DNA from: Octopus sinensis
Taxonomy: Eukaryota
Direction of reading: 5' to 3'
Length of the DNA stretch: 64,000 nucleotides
Assembly: GCF_006345805.1 (NCBI RefSeq)
Contig: NC_043001.1
Span: 129,394,001 to 129,458,000, forward strand
Positions 46,965-61,453 of this stretch are shown here, in pieces. The notes beneath the pieces were generated by a model. It saw only the letters and a list, made by a program, of their open reading frames with translations. It did no database searches and was not told the DNA's origin. Position 1 is the stretch's first letter; every line of letters starts with the position of its first letter. The translations under genes and the position numbers were made by a program.

Positions 46965-47235
46965 AGTGCTGGTGGCACGTAAAAAGCACCATCCGTTCGT
47001 GGCCGTTGCCAGCCTCGCCTGGCCCCCGTGCCGGTGGCACATAAAAAGCACCATCCGATTGGCACGTAAAAAGCACCCACTACACTCATGGAGTGGTTGG
47101 CATTAGGAAGGGCATCCAGCCGTAGAAACATTGCCAGATCAAACTGGGCCTGGTGCAGCCTTCTGGCTTCCCAGACCCCAGTTGAACCGTCCAACCCATG
47201 CTAGTATGGAAAACGGACGCTAAACGATGATGTAT
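46965..47235 (+). mobile_element. Family C element with three short units
   Basis: ggtggcacgtaaaaagcaccatcc repeats; ggacgctaaacgatgatg. Confidence 0.9.
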
Positions 47236-47285
47236 GTATGATGATATATATATATGCATACACACGCACACACTCAAGCACACAC

Positions 47286-47334
<49 letters not shown>

Positions 47335-47337
<3 letters not shown>

Positions 47338-47830
47338 GCATATATGGGTACAGGATGTCACTAACTGTGTAAACAGCATGATATATGTAAACAAACAACT
47401 TAAATACGCAGACAACAAACGAAAATATGGAAAACAGGACAAGTAAACATAGAGAAATGACCCTTTATCAGTTGTCGGCTGTCTGTCTACACGTTATTTT
47501 GAGCATTCAATGCTCCCATAAATTCTAAAATAAAATTCAGGATTTATGGATGGTCAGAATTGGAACAAAAACAGGAAAGAGGAGACATACTGAACGAAAA
47601 CAAGCATGGAGGGGTCATTAGACCGGAACAAGAGGAAAATAGTGAACGCCGGGAGAAATATTTTCTTAGAAAAGAGAAAAGATATAGGAGAGAGGAGGAA
47701 ACATCCAGTCCTTTCAATGCCCATATAGGAAAAGAGAGATAGTCATGTGAGGGAAAGAAAGATGGACAATGGTCAGGTGTAAGAAATGAGAGAGAGAGAA
47801 AAAGAGAAAGAGAAGGAGAGAAACAGATAA
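47335..47830. mobile_element. Unclassified repeat (family H; second copy at 48395-48570)
   Basis: tatgcatat..g..tacaggatgtcac.aactgtgtaaaca...caggacaagtaaac...cagttgtcggctgtct appears twice in direct orientation. Confidence 0.7.
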
Positions 47831-48105
47831 AAAAATGGTGAAAGAGGGAGGAGGAGAAAAAGGGAATTAAAGAAGGATGGCAGAAGAAAACAGTATAGAG
47901 CACAGTCGCATCAAAAAGCTGAAGATAAACTTACTTGGAAATGGATGTGCGGCATTCAGTTATATGATAATATAAATAATATCTATATCTATATATCTAT
48001 CTATCTATCTACATATATATATATATAATAAAATATTAGGGAATAAATCCAAACTTACTGGGAAAAGTCAGAATAAGGATTGAATCCAATTTTATAGTAA
48101 AATAT

Positions 48106-48364
48106 TATATTATATTAAATTAGAGATAAAACCACTATTAGGCAAATCATACAATGAAAAACTTAAGCCAATACATAAGATTAATTAATTTATATTATTT
48201 TAAATATATATCAAAATTATTAATAATTAATATTAATATTAATAATTTTTTAAAATAATTTTGATATATATTTAAAATAATATAAATTAATTAATCTTAT
48301 GTATTGGCTTAAGTTTTTCATTGTATGATTTGCCTAATAGTGGTTTTATCTCTAATTTAATATA

Positions 48365-48369
<5 letters not shown>
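48106..48369. repeat. Perfect 116-bp inverted repeat with 32-nt spacer (family F element end)
   Basis: Arms 48106-48221 and 48254-48369 are exact reverse complements by eye. Confidence 0.93.
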
Positions 48370-48394
<25 letters not shown>

Positions 48395-48397
<3 letters not shown>

Positions 48398-48570
48398 TAT
48401 GCATATACGGCTACAGGATGTCACCAACTGTGTAAACAACATGAAATACATAAACAACGAGAAAAAATGGAAAGCAGGACAAGTAAACCCAGAGAAAGGA
48501 CTCTTCAACAGTTGTCGGCTGTCTATATACTCCTCATTTCAAGCATTCAATGAACAATCAAAATGTACAC
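48395..48570. mobile_element. Family H, second copy
   Basis: Homologous to 47335-47510. Confidence 0.7.
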
Positions 48571-48746
48571 TATTATATATCCATCACAGCCAATACATAC
48601 AACAATAGGAGTGACTGCTTTTGGGAGTAAAATCATTTTTCTGTTCTAATGAACTTGGATATGCTTTTCTTATATGACTTTATATAGTCCTAACTCAGCC
48701 ACGAAATGTGCATAGTCAATGTACAAGTACTTACTTTTATACATTA

Positions 48747-49106
48747 CTAGCAGTATCGCCCGGCGTTGCTCGGGTTTGTAAGGGAAATAACTATATAAGC
48801 ATTTTTAGAGAGTTATAGCAAAAAAATAGCAAAAAAATGCATTAAAAATGGAAAAAAAAATGATGGTAAATTTTTTTTTAAATCGTTGACTCATCGTAGA
48901 CATTTTTAGAGAGTTACTTCCCTTATATAGTAGCGAAAAAAAGCATTAAAATGCATTGTAGATGCGCGCTAATACCCAGAAGGGCTCGATATGAATCACG
49001 ACTATAAGATACCCGGTTTTGGTTAAACTGCACCGCAAAATGTGGGAGTAGTTAGGAATCTAAATCGTAGGAGACAGACACACAACTTCACTTTTATATA
49101 TAAAGA
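48747..49106 (-). mobile_element. Non-autonomous Helitron (360 bp)
   Basis: Minus strand begins A|TCtttatatataaaagtg and ends cccgagcaacgccggg (GC hairpin)-cgatactg-CTAG|T; inserted between A and T with no TSD. Confidence 0.88.
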
Positions 49107-49494
49107 TATTATTGTATTAATTTTATTGTTCAATTCATACTTTATTTGACTTTAGATTAATATTTTTATGATGAATGTTTTTTTGTATGGTATTCACTGT
49201 GATTTTAAAAATATTTGTTCTTATATATTATATGACTGTAATAATTTTACTGTTCAATATTACATATTAAAATTTTAGATTAGGTTTTGTATGGTATATG
49301 TCTCACAGAATGGCTTTGGACGGGTTCTTCATTGACTGAGTTGTGGAGTGGTGGTTCATCCCTAAATTAATTATTTACATATATTATATATTATATATTA
49401 CGAAATTCAATCAAATATTATTATACTGAATTTTACCTGTAAGGTTCCGAATAATATTTATTCCCTATTATTATTATTATCATTATTATTATTA

Positions 49495-49533
<39 letters not shown>

Positions 49534-49686
49534 CAGACAGACAGAGAGACAGCGAGAGAGAGAAAAGAAAGATAAATTCATATGGGCAAGCACTTTCTAC
49601 TGTAGCCTTAGGTTGACCAATACCATGTGAGTGAGTGAATTTGGCAGATGGAAACTGTACAGAAGCCCAATGCACAAATACATACA

Positions 49687-49726
<40 letters not shown>

Positions 49727-50607
49727 TGTATGTATGTATACATATCTTGGGTCATTTAAATTATTGATCTTCACTGTCTTAGAAATATGTGACCTTTTTG
49801 TGGCAATCTTAGAAATCATGTGCATTAAGATTTTCAGTGTTATTATTACTAATATCATTATCACTATTATCATTATCAATATTATTATTATTATTATTAT
49901 TATTATTGTTGTTGTTGTTGTTGTTGTTAATACAGACATCAGGGAAATATGGTAATTGATAAATCTGTGCATGAGATAATACTCCTACCAAGCACTACCA
50001 ACAATGACTACATCACTAACATCAATTTCACCAAGAACCTTGCTACCGTATCCTCAGCCATCACCACCACCACTACCACCACCACAACCACCACCACCAC
50101 CACCACCACCGCTGCCACCACCACCATCTCCACCACTGTCACAACCACTGCTACAAACACCACCACCACCACCACCACCACCTCAACCACTACCACCACC
50201 TCAGACTTCAATGACTATCTCTGACACTACTATCCTTTCATCTGCTGCCTCATCACCGTCAACAATAATAACATCACCATTACTATCAGCACCCCCATTT
50301 CAGCACAACTGATAATACCACCACCACCACCACCAACACCACCATCACCATCATCACCGTAATCATTGTCATCACCATTTATACCTCAACCAACAAGAAC
50401 TATGACAAGAATGCTACCATCACCTCTATTACTTTTATAACTTCTACTACGACAACTACCACTCCAGTCATAACATTACCATCACCACTACCATCACCAC
50501 CAATACCAGCAACAACTATGATCCAAAACCATAACATTACAAGCCAACAAGGGACCCTCTGTCTGCTTGTTTGACCTGCTACAAATAGCAGTCAAACCTT
50601 CCTCAAA

Positions 50608-50659
<52 letters not shown>

Positions 50660-51537
50660 TTGTTTTCTTAGTAAGGGCCACAGGATAATGTGCTGTTGGT
50701 TTTTTGTTTATGCATAGGAAAAAAATAGATGGTATGGTCACAGCTGGAAAGCTTTTGATGATAGGGTCCGCTTGACGAAGGTACTTGGACTAAACGATAA
50801 CCTTACCAGTATTACTATTACCACAAAATCCACCAGCCCCACCACCACCGCCGCCACCCCCCCACCACCACCGCCACCGCCGCCGCCGCCGTTATCATCA
50901 TTATCCTCATTAAAATTTTTTAACATTATCAACACCACAACCATGTGTCTCAACAATGAGGCCTCTGCATGGCTTGTCAACATGCGGCTAATTCTCCTTT
51001 AAATCACATCCGCCCATCAGTGCCCTCTTAAAGCATAGGCACGCTAGTAAGTTGCCCAGGGGCCACAGGGATCTAGGGAGCCTGACACTAATCTGTGTGT
51101 GCTGGGGTTGTACATGTAAGGTCCCCTGGCACATTGCATTGCTTGGTGGTGGTGGTGGTCCTGTTTGTTATTAGAGAAAGGAAAAGGAAGAACACTGTGT
51201 AGTCTCAAGAAGGCAGATGAGGAGGGCATGGTTGAAATGTATTTGATCATGGGTCTGGTCTTCTTACTCAGAGCAGAGCTGGTGCTAAAGAACAACTACA
51301 AAACAACCAAAACTACATCTACCAACATTACTACAACTACTTCTAGCTTTACAATGGTTTCCATAACTACCAATATTATTTCTGCTACTGCTGTTACTAC
51401 TCCTTCTCCCACCGCCACCACCACCGTGGTTACTACTACTACTACTACTACTTCCGCTACTGCCACTATTACCACTACTACTACTACCACCACTACCTCC
51501 ACCCCCACCCCCACCACCACTGCTGCTGCTGCTGCTG

Positions 51538-51572
<35 letters not shown>

Positions 51573-51889
51573 GCCACCGCCACCACCACCATCAATGTCT
51601 CCACAGTTACCCTTCCACTATTACACAACTATATTTTGTCAATCTCTACAACCCTTCCTACAACTACGAATTCTATCTCTTCCACAACAGTTGCATCTAT
51701 GTCAGCCTTCACTGTAACCTTCCCCATAACTAACCTTATCTCCATAGCAACTACCTCTGTCTCCACAACTTTTCCCACAACTACCTCTTCTACCAACTCT
51801 ACAATAACGACTTCCTTTGTCCTTAAAACTAACAGTACTACCTTCTCCCAGCAAGCACAATTATCACAACTTTTTAGACATCCTTTGGT

Positions 51890-52200
51890 CATGAAAGACT
51901 ATGGGATTGCACCTATAAATGTTCCCCTCCAGGGCACAAGTTTAGGCAAGGCTCTTTATGGAAAACCAGCAATGGCCCATGCATACCAGCCTCTCCTCTC
52001 CACGCCATCAATGTTATCCAAGGGAAAGGCGAAGGCTGATACAGTGTGGCATCAGTGACATTGCAACTCATTTCTACAGCTGAGTGAACTGGAGCAACAT
52101 GAAATAAAGTGTCTTGCTCAAGAACACAACACAGTCCAATATGAGAATCGAACTCACTACCTGATGATTGTGAGCTTGATGCTCTAACCACTGAGCCAAA
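51890..52200 (-). mobile_element. Family D-type SINE with a different tail
   Basis: gctgagtgaactggagcaacatgaaataaagtgtcttgctcaagaacacaac...gaatcgaactc...ctaaccactgagcca. Confidence 0.75.
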
Positions 52201-52494
52201 CCCTTCCCACAACTACCAGCACTACATCTACCATCAACGATTCCCACAGCAGCAACTTCTGTCACTACAACCACCCCATAACTACCACCACGACTGCTTG
52301 TGTCTTCCCACAAGCCTTCCCACATCTATTGACACTACTACTGCTGCCACAACAGCAACAACTATGTTTCTCTCTACAACCCTTTCTACGATTACCACTG
52401 CTACTACAACACTAACTACGTAGCTCACCATGACCCTTCCCACAACTACCAAAGCTACTTTTACCCACAGTTCTTCCCACAACTACTTTATCTT

Positions 52495-53190
52495 TTATCT
52501 TTTACTTGTTTCAGTCATTAGATGGTGTCCATGCTGGGGCACCACCGTAAATCTTTAGTCGAATGAATCGACTCCAGTACTTATTTTCTTAAGTCTGGTA
52601 CTTATTCTATCGGTCTCTCTTTGTCAAACTGCTAAGTTATGGGAATGCAAATACATCAACAACAGTTGTCAAGTGGTGAGTGGGGACAAACACAGACACA
52701 AAGACACACACACATATGTATATATATCACGTGACCGACCAGTCCATCAGATGTAGTTACACATCGCTGGTCACAATGCGTTCGCATTATTTTAGCCTTC
52801 GAATGACGCCACCCGCTGGCTAAGCGAGGAGGCCAACAGAAGAAAGAGTGGGAGAAGGAGTGGTTAAAGAGCACAGCAGGGATCATCACCCCCTGCTGGA
52901 GCCTCATGGAGCTTTTAGGTGTTTTCGCTCAATAAACACTCACAACGCCCGGTCTGGGAATTGAAACCGCGATCCTATGACCACGAGTCCGCTGCCCTAA
53001 CCACTGGGCCATTGCGCCTCTACATGTATATATATATATATATGTGATGGGCTTCTTTCAGTTTCTCTATGCCAAATAAACTTATATTACTACTGTTACC
53101 ACTACCACCAATACCAAGGTGCCACATAGTGGGAATGAACCTGGAACAATGTAGTTGGGAAGCAAGCTTCTTACCACACAATCATGCCTT
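52495..53190 (-). mobile_element. Old family A SINE split at its internal microsatellite by a family E copy
   Basis: Tail half at 52495-52725, head half at 53050-53190. Confidence 0.75.
52730..53021 (-). mobile_element. Family E tRNA-SINE with an RTE-derived 3' tail
   Basis: rc head agaggcgcaatggcccagtggttaggg...; the 3' end tgtgaccagcgatg...gactggtcggtcacgtgat resembles the RTE end at 10578-10640. Confidence 0.85.
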
Positions 53191-54599
53191 AGCTTTGTCA
53201 TCTTTACATCCTTTCCCACTATGACCACCACTACTACAACTGCATCTGTCTCTACAACCATTCTTACAACTACTACATCAGCACAAACCTTTCTAAAATT
53301 ATCACAATAACCTATGATATCTTTACCACAACTATCTTTGCTTCTAGCAACCACAAATACTACTATTTTTGCTACCACAATCACAACTACCAATACTAAG
53401 TCTGACTCTATTCCAGCCATACACTCACCACCACCACCACTGCTATCACTAACACCAACACCATTGCCACCATCACCATCATCACTGTCACCGCCACCCC
53501 GCAAGGCAGACACCAACACAGCCACCACCACCACCACCTTCGATACCATCAATGCTACCAACATCACCATGACCACCACCATCAACATCACAGATACTGA
53601 TACTCAGAACTAAAGATAAGGGAGGGACAATGATAGTGGGTGTGACAATGATGATAACAACAGCAACAACAACAACAACAAAAATAACAACAACATAGAT
53701 TGACTAACTTTATTAACAATGCTGCAATCTCTAAGTTGGTACCAGTAATATTATTTGATCATTAAAATATCGAATTCCATTACCAGAAAAATTTGGTTCA
53801 AAAAGAAATTTTTTTTTAAAAAACAATTCTTTTTTTTAAAATTTAAGTAATAAAATTCAATAATAATAACAAATCTGATAAAAAAAAAATAGGAATGAAA
53901 AATCATAAAAAAAAATGAAGCAAAAAACAATCAGTTTTAAAATGTTCAAAAGGAAAAATACTAATACCAATAACACCAACAGGACTATTAATAATAATAA
54001 TAATAATAATAATGATAATAATAATAATAATAATAATAATAATTAATAAAAATGATAATAATTCAATAATAAAATAGAAAAAATAATCAACTTCTCATTG
54101 TCATTTAAATGACAAAAAAAAAATGATGAGAAAGAAAAAAAAACACTAGAAAACTAGAGGTAAAAAAACAACAAAAAGCGCAAAGAAAGAGTTTTAAAAT
54201 TTTTCTTCAGAAGAATTTTGAAAATATCAAAAAAAAAAAAAAAAAAGCAAAAAATTTCATTATAGCACGGGTTTGTGATGGAGTTGCATTACAGTGGAGG
54301 GTTCAAAGAATTAATTTTTTTTTAATTCAGTGAAAAGTGTGAAAAACTGACCACTATAAAAAGAAAGAAAACATTTTTTTTTTCTGAATATAAATTTTAT
54401 AAAAACAACAACAGCAACAACGAAAGAAAAAAAACACAAAAATCAAACTATAAATCTCAGCAAACAGTTAAAAAGACAAAAAGAAAGCTAAATAAAAATT
54501 TTTAAAAAATAAGTAATAATAATAATAATAAGAAGAAGAATAATAATAATGATAATAAAAATGATAGCATCAACAAGAGCAAAAAAATATAGGAGGCAC

Positions 54600-54652
54600 A
54601 CACATATATTTATGAATATATGTATACACACACACATATATATATATGTATG

Positions 54653-54704
<52 letters not shown>

Positions 54705-54897
54705 TATATGAACATAAATATTTATGAATATATATGTGTGTATGTGTATGTATGTATTTATGTATGTATGTATGTATGTGTATATATATATATATTATAT
54801 ATATATATACACACACATATATGAACATAAATATTTATGAATATATATGTGTGTATGTGTATGTATGTATTTATGTATGTATGTATGTATGTATGTG

Positions 54898-54930
<33 letters not shown>
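54600..54930. repeat. ~120-bp higher-order TA/TG repeat, 2-3 copies
   Basis: cacacacatatatgaacataaatatttatgaatatatatgtgtgtatgtgtatg repeated. Confidence 0.85.
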
Positions 54931-54931
<1 letters not shown>

Positions 54932-55959
54932 ATATAATATCACTGATGGCATGTGGAAAGGTAAGAGAAAGCAATAAGAAAAAGCAAAAAAGAATGTGTA
55001 CAGCTTGTGTGGTATGGTGTGTGTTTGTGTGTGGGTGCTTGCATGTGTATGCGTGAGCGCACGTGCATTTAAAAGGGGGGTAAGTTTAAGTGAGGAAAAG
55101 GGGAACTTTTTTTTATGGAAGAAACCAAAAAATATATGAAGGTAAAACAAAAAAAAAGAAAAAAATACTATTAAAATATATTTTCTAAAATGAAAAAAAA
55201 AAATACATATATACACATCCTCACCACACTGTCTCTGTAATAAAAACCTCCCCCAAAATTTCATTTTCGACATCTTTCAATCAGTTCCTTTGCTCTACCA
55301 CTAACAATGCCACCCCTCTCACCATCACCACTACAATCCCGACTAATAGCAGAACTATTAACAAAATCACTGCCACCACCACCACCACTACCACCGCCAA
55401 CACCATTATTACAAATGCTGACACTACACGACTAACATTAACACCACCACAGCTACCACCAACACCAATTACCATGCTCCACTCCACTCCACTCCACTCC
55501 ATTCCAGCCCACCCCCGTCCAACAGTCCAATCACCCATTCGTATGCAGGCGATCTGCCACAACTACAAGACTTATTCGCTCACCACTACCACCAACACCA
55601 CCACAACCGTCACCACCACCACCACCAACATGATCACCTTCGCCACTCTTGTGTGACCACATGCACACTAGTACTACATAGCCACATGATGCCACAACCA
55701 TAACCACCACCACCACCACCACCACTGTTATTACCAACAGCACCAACACCACCACTATCCCCACCACTAACAGTAGCAAAGCCAGCACTACCCACCCCCA
55801 GTAACCCTGCAACCACCACCAACTCTACTACAAACACTAAAGGCACCACCACCACTGTCACGCCCACCCCCACAACTACCAATAGCACTGCACCAACATC
55901 AACATCATCACAAACACTAACAAAACCACCAATAACACCTCCAATCCCCACTCATCAAC

Positions 55960-56850
55960 AACACCACCACCACCACCACCAACAACACTACCACCAGCAC
56001 CAGCACTAATACAAACGCTAAAAACACCACCAATACTACTACCACCTCTACCACTACCAAGAGTACTGCACCAACATCCCCACCACCAGCACTAACAAAG
56101 CTACCACTACCCTCCACCTCCACCCACCACCACCATCACCAGCAATACTACTACCACCTCTACCACTACTAATAGAGATTGCACCAATGTCCCCACCACT
56201 ACCCGTCTGACCTCCACCCAGGACCACCACCACCACCAGCACTATTACAAACACTAAAATCACCACCACCAATACTACTACCACCTCTACCACTACCAAT
56301 AGAGATTTCACCAATATCCCCCACCACTAACACTAGCAAAGGCACCACTACCCGCCTGACCTCCACCCAGGACCACCACCACCACCATCACCAGCACTAT
56401 TACAAACACTAAAAACACCACCACCAGCACTATTACAAACACTAAAAACACCACCACCAATACTACTACCACCTCTACCACTACCAATAGAGATTTCACC
56501 AATATCCCCACCACTAACACTAGCAAAGGCACCACTACCCGCCTGACCTCCACCCAGGACCACCACCACCACCATCACCAGCACTATTACAAACACTAAA
56601 AACACCACCACCAATACTACTACCACCTCTACCACTACCAATAGAGATTTCACCAATATCCCCCACCACTAACACTAGCAAAGGCACCACTACCCGCCTG
56701 ACCTCCACCCACCACCACCACCACCACCACCACCAATACTACTACCACCTCTACCACTACCAATAGAGATTGCACCAATATCCCCACCACTAACACTAGC
56801 AAAGGCACCACTACCCGCCTGACCTCCACCCAGGACCACCACCACCACCA
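55960..56850. repeat. ~110-190-bp minisatellite (about 6 units)
   Basis: ...accacctctaccactaccaatagagat(t/tg)caccaatatcccc...gcaaaggcaccactacccgcctgacctccaccc; spacings of 149 and 187 bp between caggac anchors. Confidence 0.9.
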
Positions 56851-57539
56851 TCACCGTCACCCAGTTGGTACAACAAAACAACAGCGACAACTGCAAAGCT
56901 CCCCGCCCCCCCCCTGCCGCCCGCACTTCCAACTGCAGTTTCCAACACCAACACCAACACACCAATGTCATTACCTTCTTCTCTTTTCCTTCGACCTCTT
57001 TTTCAGAAGAAGAACTTTCCAAAAGTAACCAAAAAAAAAAAAAAAAAGAAAATAATAATAATAATAATAATAATAGTAATGAAATAAAATTAAAAGATCA
57101 AAGAGTCGGCTTAAGTGACTATCACCCTGTCATGGTATTTAGAAGACAGAACTATAGTATTTCTGATACGGTAATGACTGACGGGGTGGATAGATGGATG
57201 GGGGTGGGGGTGGTGCGGGAGGGTACGGTGCCGTGGGTAGGTGGGTGGGCGGAAACAAAGGGTGTGAGGTAAGAAGGGTGTGGTAAAGAGTCAAAGTTGT
57301 GTGTGTGGCAGAAGGGGGGTGATGGTGGTGGTGGTGGTGGTATCGGGACGAGCAAGATGGTGATTGCGCGAAGCTGGCTGAGGGTGGTGAGTGGGGGGGG
57401 TGTTGGGGGATGCGGAGTGTGTGTGTGTGGGGGGTGATGGGTCCGGGGTCGGATGAATGGTTGATTGGTTGCTTGGTTGAATGGATAAGTGGGTAGATGA
57501 TACTGGGGGATGGATGGGTGGTGGGTGGATGGATGGAGT

Positions 57540-57573
<34 letters not shown>

Positions 57574-58037
57574 GAGAAAAGGAGAGAAGGAAGGAAAGCT
57601 GGTTGATGGATGGATGGATGGATGGATGGTTGGTTGGTTGGATGGACGGATGGCTAAATGGGTAGGTGAGTGGCTGGATGGATGGGCGGATGGAGGGACC
57701 TTGTTTTGGTGGTGATGGTCTGGTAAGTTAGTTAACTACACTAAGATTGCATTATCACTACAACTGCCATCTTACAAACCTTTCTCTCCCATCCATCTTC
57801 CCCCTCCCTCTCTCTCCCTCCCTCCTTTCTCACCAATCTCTTTTGCATGTGTCTTGCTCTCCCATCTACCTCAAATACACCTCCTTCCAAACCACTGCCG
57901 TCTTTCTCTTCATCTCCTGCTGTTGTTACCATCAAAATTTTCACCACCACCACCACCACTACCTTGACATGCTTACACTCACATATACAAACACTACCTC
58001 CAAGATACCATGATCACCATCACCATCATCATCATTG

Positions 58038-58068
<31 letters not shown>

Positions 58069-58347
58069 ATGCGGCTAGCACTGTCCCACCCACACCTTGG
58101 TGTCACTAGAATCACTACTAAATCACAACCTACCCCCATAACAACCCCACCACCACCACCACCACCATCACAACTACTACTTTTACGAAAACCACTGCTA
58201 CTATGACCACCACCACCACCACCAATTTCACCCCCCTTCTCCAGACCCCTATGATTTTCACTGTCATCAACACCAGAGAAATCATAGATAGATCACACAC
58301 CACACCAAAACCCTCCACCATCACCACCTCAATGATCATCATCATTG

Positions 58348-58386
<39 letters not shown>

Positions 58387-60585
58387 CCACCACCATCTTC
58401 ACACTGTCGTCATAATCATCATCATCATCATCATCTTCATCATCACCACCACCATCAACACCACCATTACCATCATCATCATCATCATCATCAACCAACA
58501 TCATCACAACAACCACCATATATCATCACAAATATCATATTTCAGTACCGTCACCACCACCACCACCACCACCACCACCGCCACCACCACTATTGTAACT
58601 ACCAGTGACTGCCTCACCTTCCCACCCACCCACCCACCAGATATTTTATTACTTGCTACCAACACCACAACTACCATTCTCATCACCACTACAAAATGCC
58701 CTAACCATCACATACCACTACCTATTATAATCATCACCATCATCAGTACCACTGCCACAACCACTTACAACACCCACCCTCATTACTGCTAACACCTACA
58801 CCTTCACCTCTACAAACACCATCACCACACTACTACCATCATCATCATCATCATCATCATCATCATAATCACAATGATCACCGCAAACAATACAGCCACG
58901 ACTGCAAATGCCAAAATCAAATCACCATCAGCATCATTATCACTAACATCATTGTCATCATCATCACCATTATCATAACCACCACCACCACCACCCTCAT
59001 GATAATGATGATCACCACTACTGTCATCATCACCACCACTGTCATCATCGTCACTGTCATCATCGTCACCATCATCATCATCATCATCATCTCCATTATC
59101 ATAACCACCACCACTACCCTCATGATAATGATGATGATGATGATGATGATGATCATCATCATCATCATGATCACCACCACTGTCATCATCACCACCACCA
59201 CCACCACCACCACTACTGCCACTGTCACCATTGTCACCATCATCATCATCATCATCATCATCACCATTATCATAACCACCACCACTACCCTCATGATAAT
59301 GATGATGATGATCATGATGATGATCATGATGATGATGATCATCATCATCATGATCACCACCACTGTCATCACCACCACCACCAACACCACCACCAACACC
59401 ACCACCACTACCGCCACTGTCATCATCGTCACCACCATCATCATCACCACCACCTACATCATCATCATCATTACTGTTATCACTCCTTCACCACCATCAT
59501 GGCCACCACCATAACCCCCCCTATCCCACTCTGCCATTCCCAGACATCTACCACTACAACCAATACAACCACCCAGTGTCATCATCATTGCTATCATGAT
59601 AACCACAACCACAAACACTACCACACAACCACCACCACCACCACTACTACCACCACCTCCTCTTCTTCTTCCTTCATCACCACTATAAACACCACAACCA
59701 TCACCTGCACTGTTACCATTATAAACTATCACCACCACTATGAACATCATCCCATACTCATAACGAAACCATCCCCCAGCCCCCATCACTGCAGCCTCTG
59801 CCTTCACCTTCACCATCACAGAAACCATCGCCACACTAACATCATCATCATCATAACCAAACCATCCCCCAGCCCCCATCACTGCAGCCTCTGCCTTCAC
59901 CTTCACCATCACAGAAACCATCGCCATACTAACATCACCATCATCATCATCACCACAACCATAACCACCACCACCCACCACCACCACCATCCCCTCGTTA
60001 TCATCATCATCATCATCACAACTATAACCACCACCACCATCCCCTTGTTATCATCATCATCATCTCAACCATAACCACCACCACTACCACCACCACCACA
60101 ACCACCAACCCCTCGTTATCATCACCACCATCATCTTCATCATCACAACTATAACCACCACCACCACTACCACCACCACCATCACACCCACCACCATCCC
60201 CTCGTTATCATCATCATCATCACCATACTAGTAGTGTCATCATTCTCACTACCACCACCACCACCACCACCACAAATCACCAGCACCATCATCATTACAA
60301 ACTCAACCATCATTACAAATGCCAGAATCATCATCACCGTCATCGTCATTACAACTGTAGCTGTCCCCACCACCGTCCCCTTGTTATCCTCCTCGTCATC
60401 ATCATCTCCATCACCGTCGTATTAGCTGTGTCATCATTCTCATGCCGACGACCACCACCACTACCACCACTACTGCCATCACCATCATCATCATCATCAT
60501 CATCACAAACGCAACCATCACTACAAATGCCAGAAACATCTTCATCATTGTCATCATCACCATAACTGTTGTCACTGCCACCACC

Positions 60586-60619
<34 letters not shown>

Positions 60620-61422
60620 TCACCACATCATCATCAGCATCATCATCATCACCACCATCGTTGCCACTGTAATTGCTGTCGCCACCATCATCATCATCAT
60701 TAAATATCGCAATTGCTGTTACTGCAACCATCATAATCATTGTCACCACCCGTATCCTCCTCCTCCTCCTTGCCCCCCCCCGAACCATCTCCACCACTCC
60801 CAGACACCACAAAGACCAAAGACTCTTTATCCATTGGCATTTTACTCTTACTTTTAACTTTTAACTAATTCCAAACTGCTCCCTAACCTTTTACCTGCAA
60901 TCTCCATCAACAACACCCACCGTCCCCCAACCCAGCTCACCCATCCACCCACCTACACACATATTGAGACCCCGCCCCCCCACCCCATGCCTCCCAACAC
61001 CTACCCATCGTACCACCACTGCTATCCTCCCACCCCATCACCACCACCACCACCAACAGCACAAATATTCCTTACCCCTCCTCTGCGGTGGGGGGGTCCC
61101 TCACGCCCCACCCCCACTCTGCCGGCCCTCCACCAACTCTAACTATCTTCAAAATCGTTCTTGCTCGGCAAATCTCATATTTTTAATCTTGTCCTTACCT
61201 CAACCAATGACCTCCCCCCCACCTCTCCTACCCCCCTTCAAAAATCACAAACCACCACCACCACCACCACCGACACCACCACTGCCTACACCATGCATCA
61301 CCCACCCATGCAGCTACCGACCTCCCCCCCCCTTGCGAGCATTTCAAACAAACCCATGCCAGTACCACCTTCAACCAGTGCTTCAACAAATCACCGTGAT
61401 TCCATCCCACCCCCTCTACCCC

Positions 61423-61453
<31 letters not shown>

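Noticed and set aside
47440-47505. Family H minus-strand GAAA...CTGATRAAG words as a permuted hammerhead
   Set aside because: No stems I-III could be paired in that order.
51165-52058. 297-aa Thr-rich mucin-like ORF
   Set aside because: It is built from ACC/ACT repeats and runs into a family D SINE; stop-poor simple repeats give long ORFs by default.
55960-56850. Thr-rich coding tandem repeat
   Set aside because: Measured unit spacings (149 and 187 bp) are not multiples of three, so the frame shifts between units.
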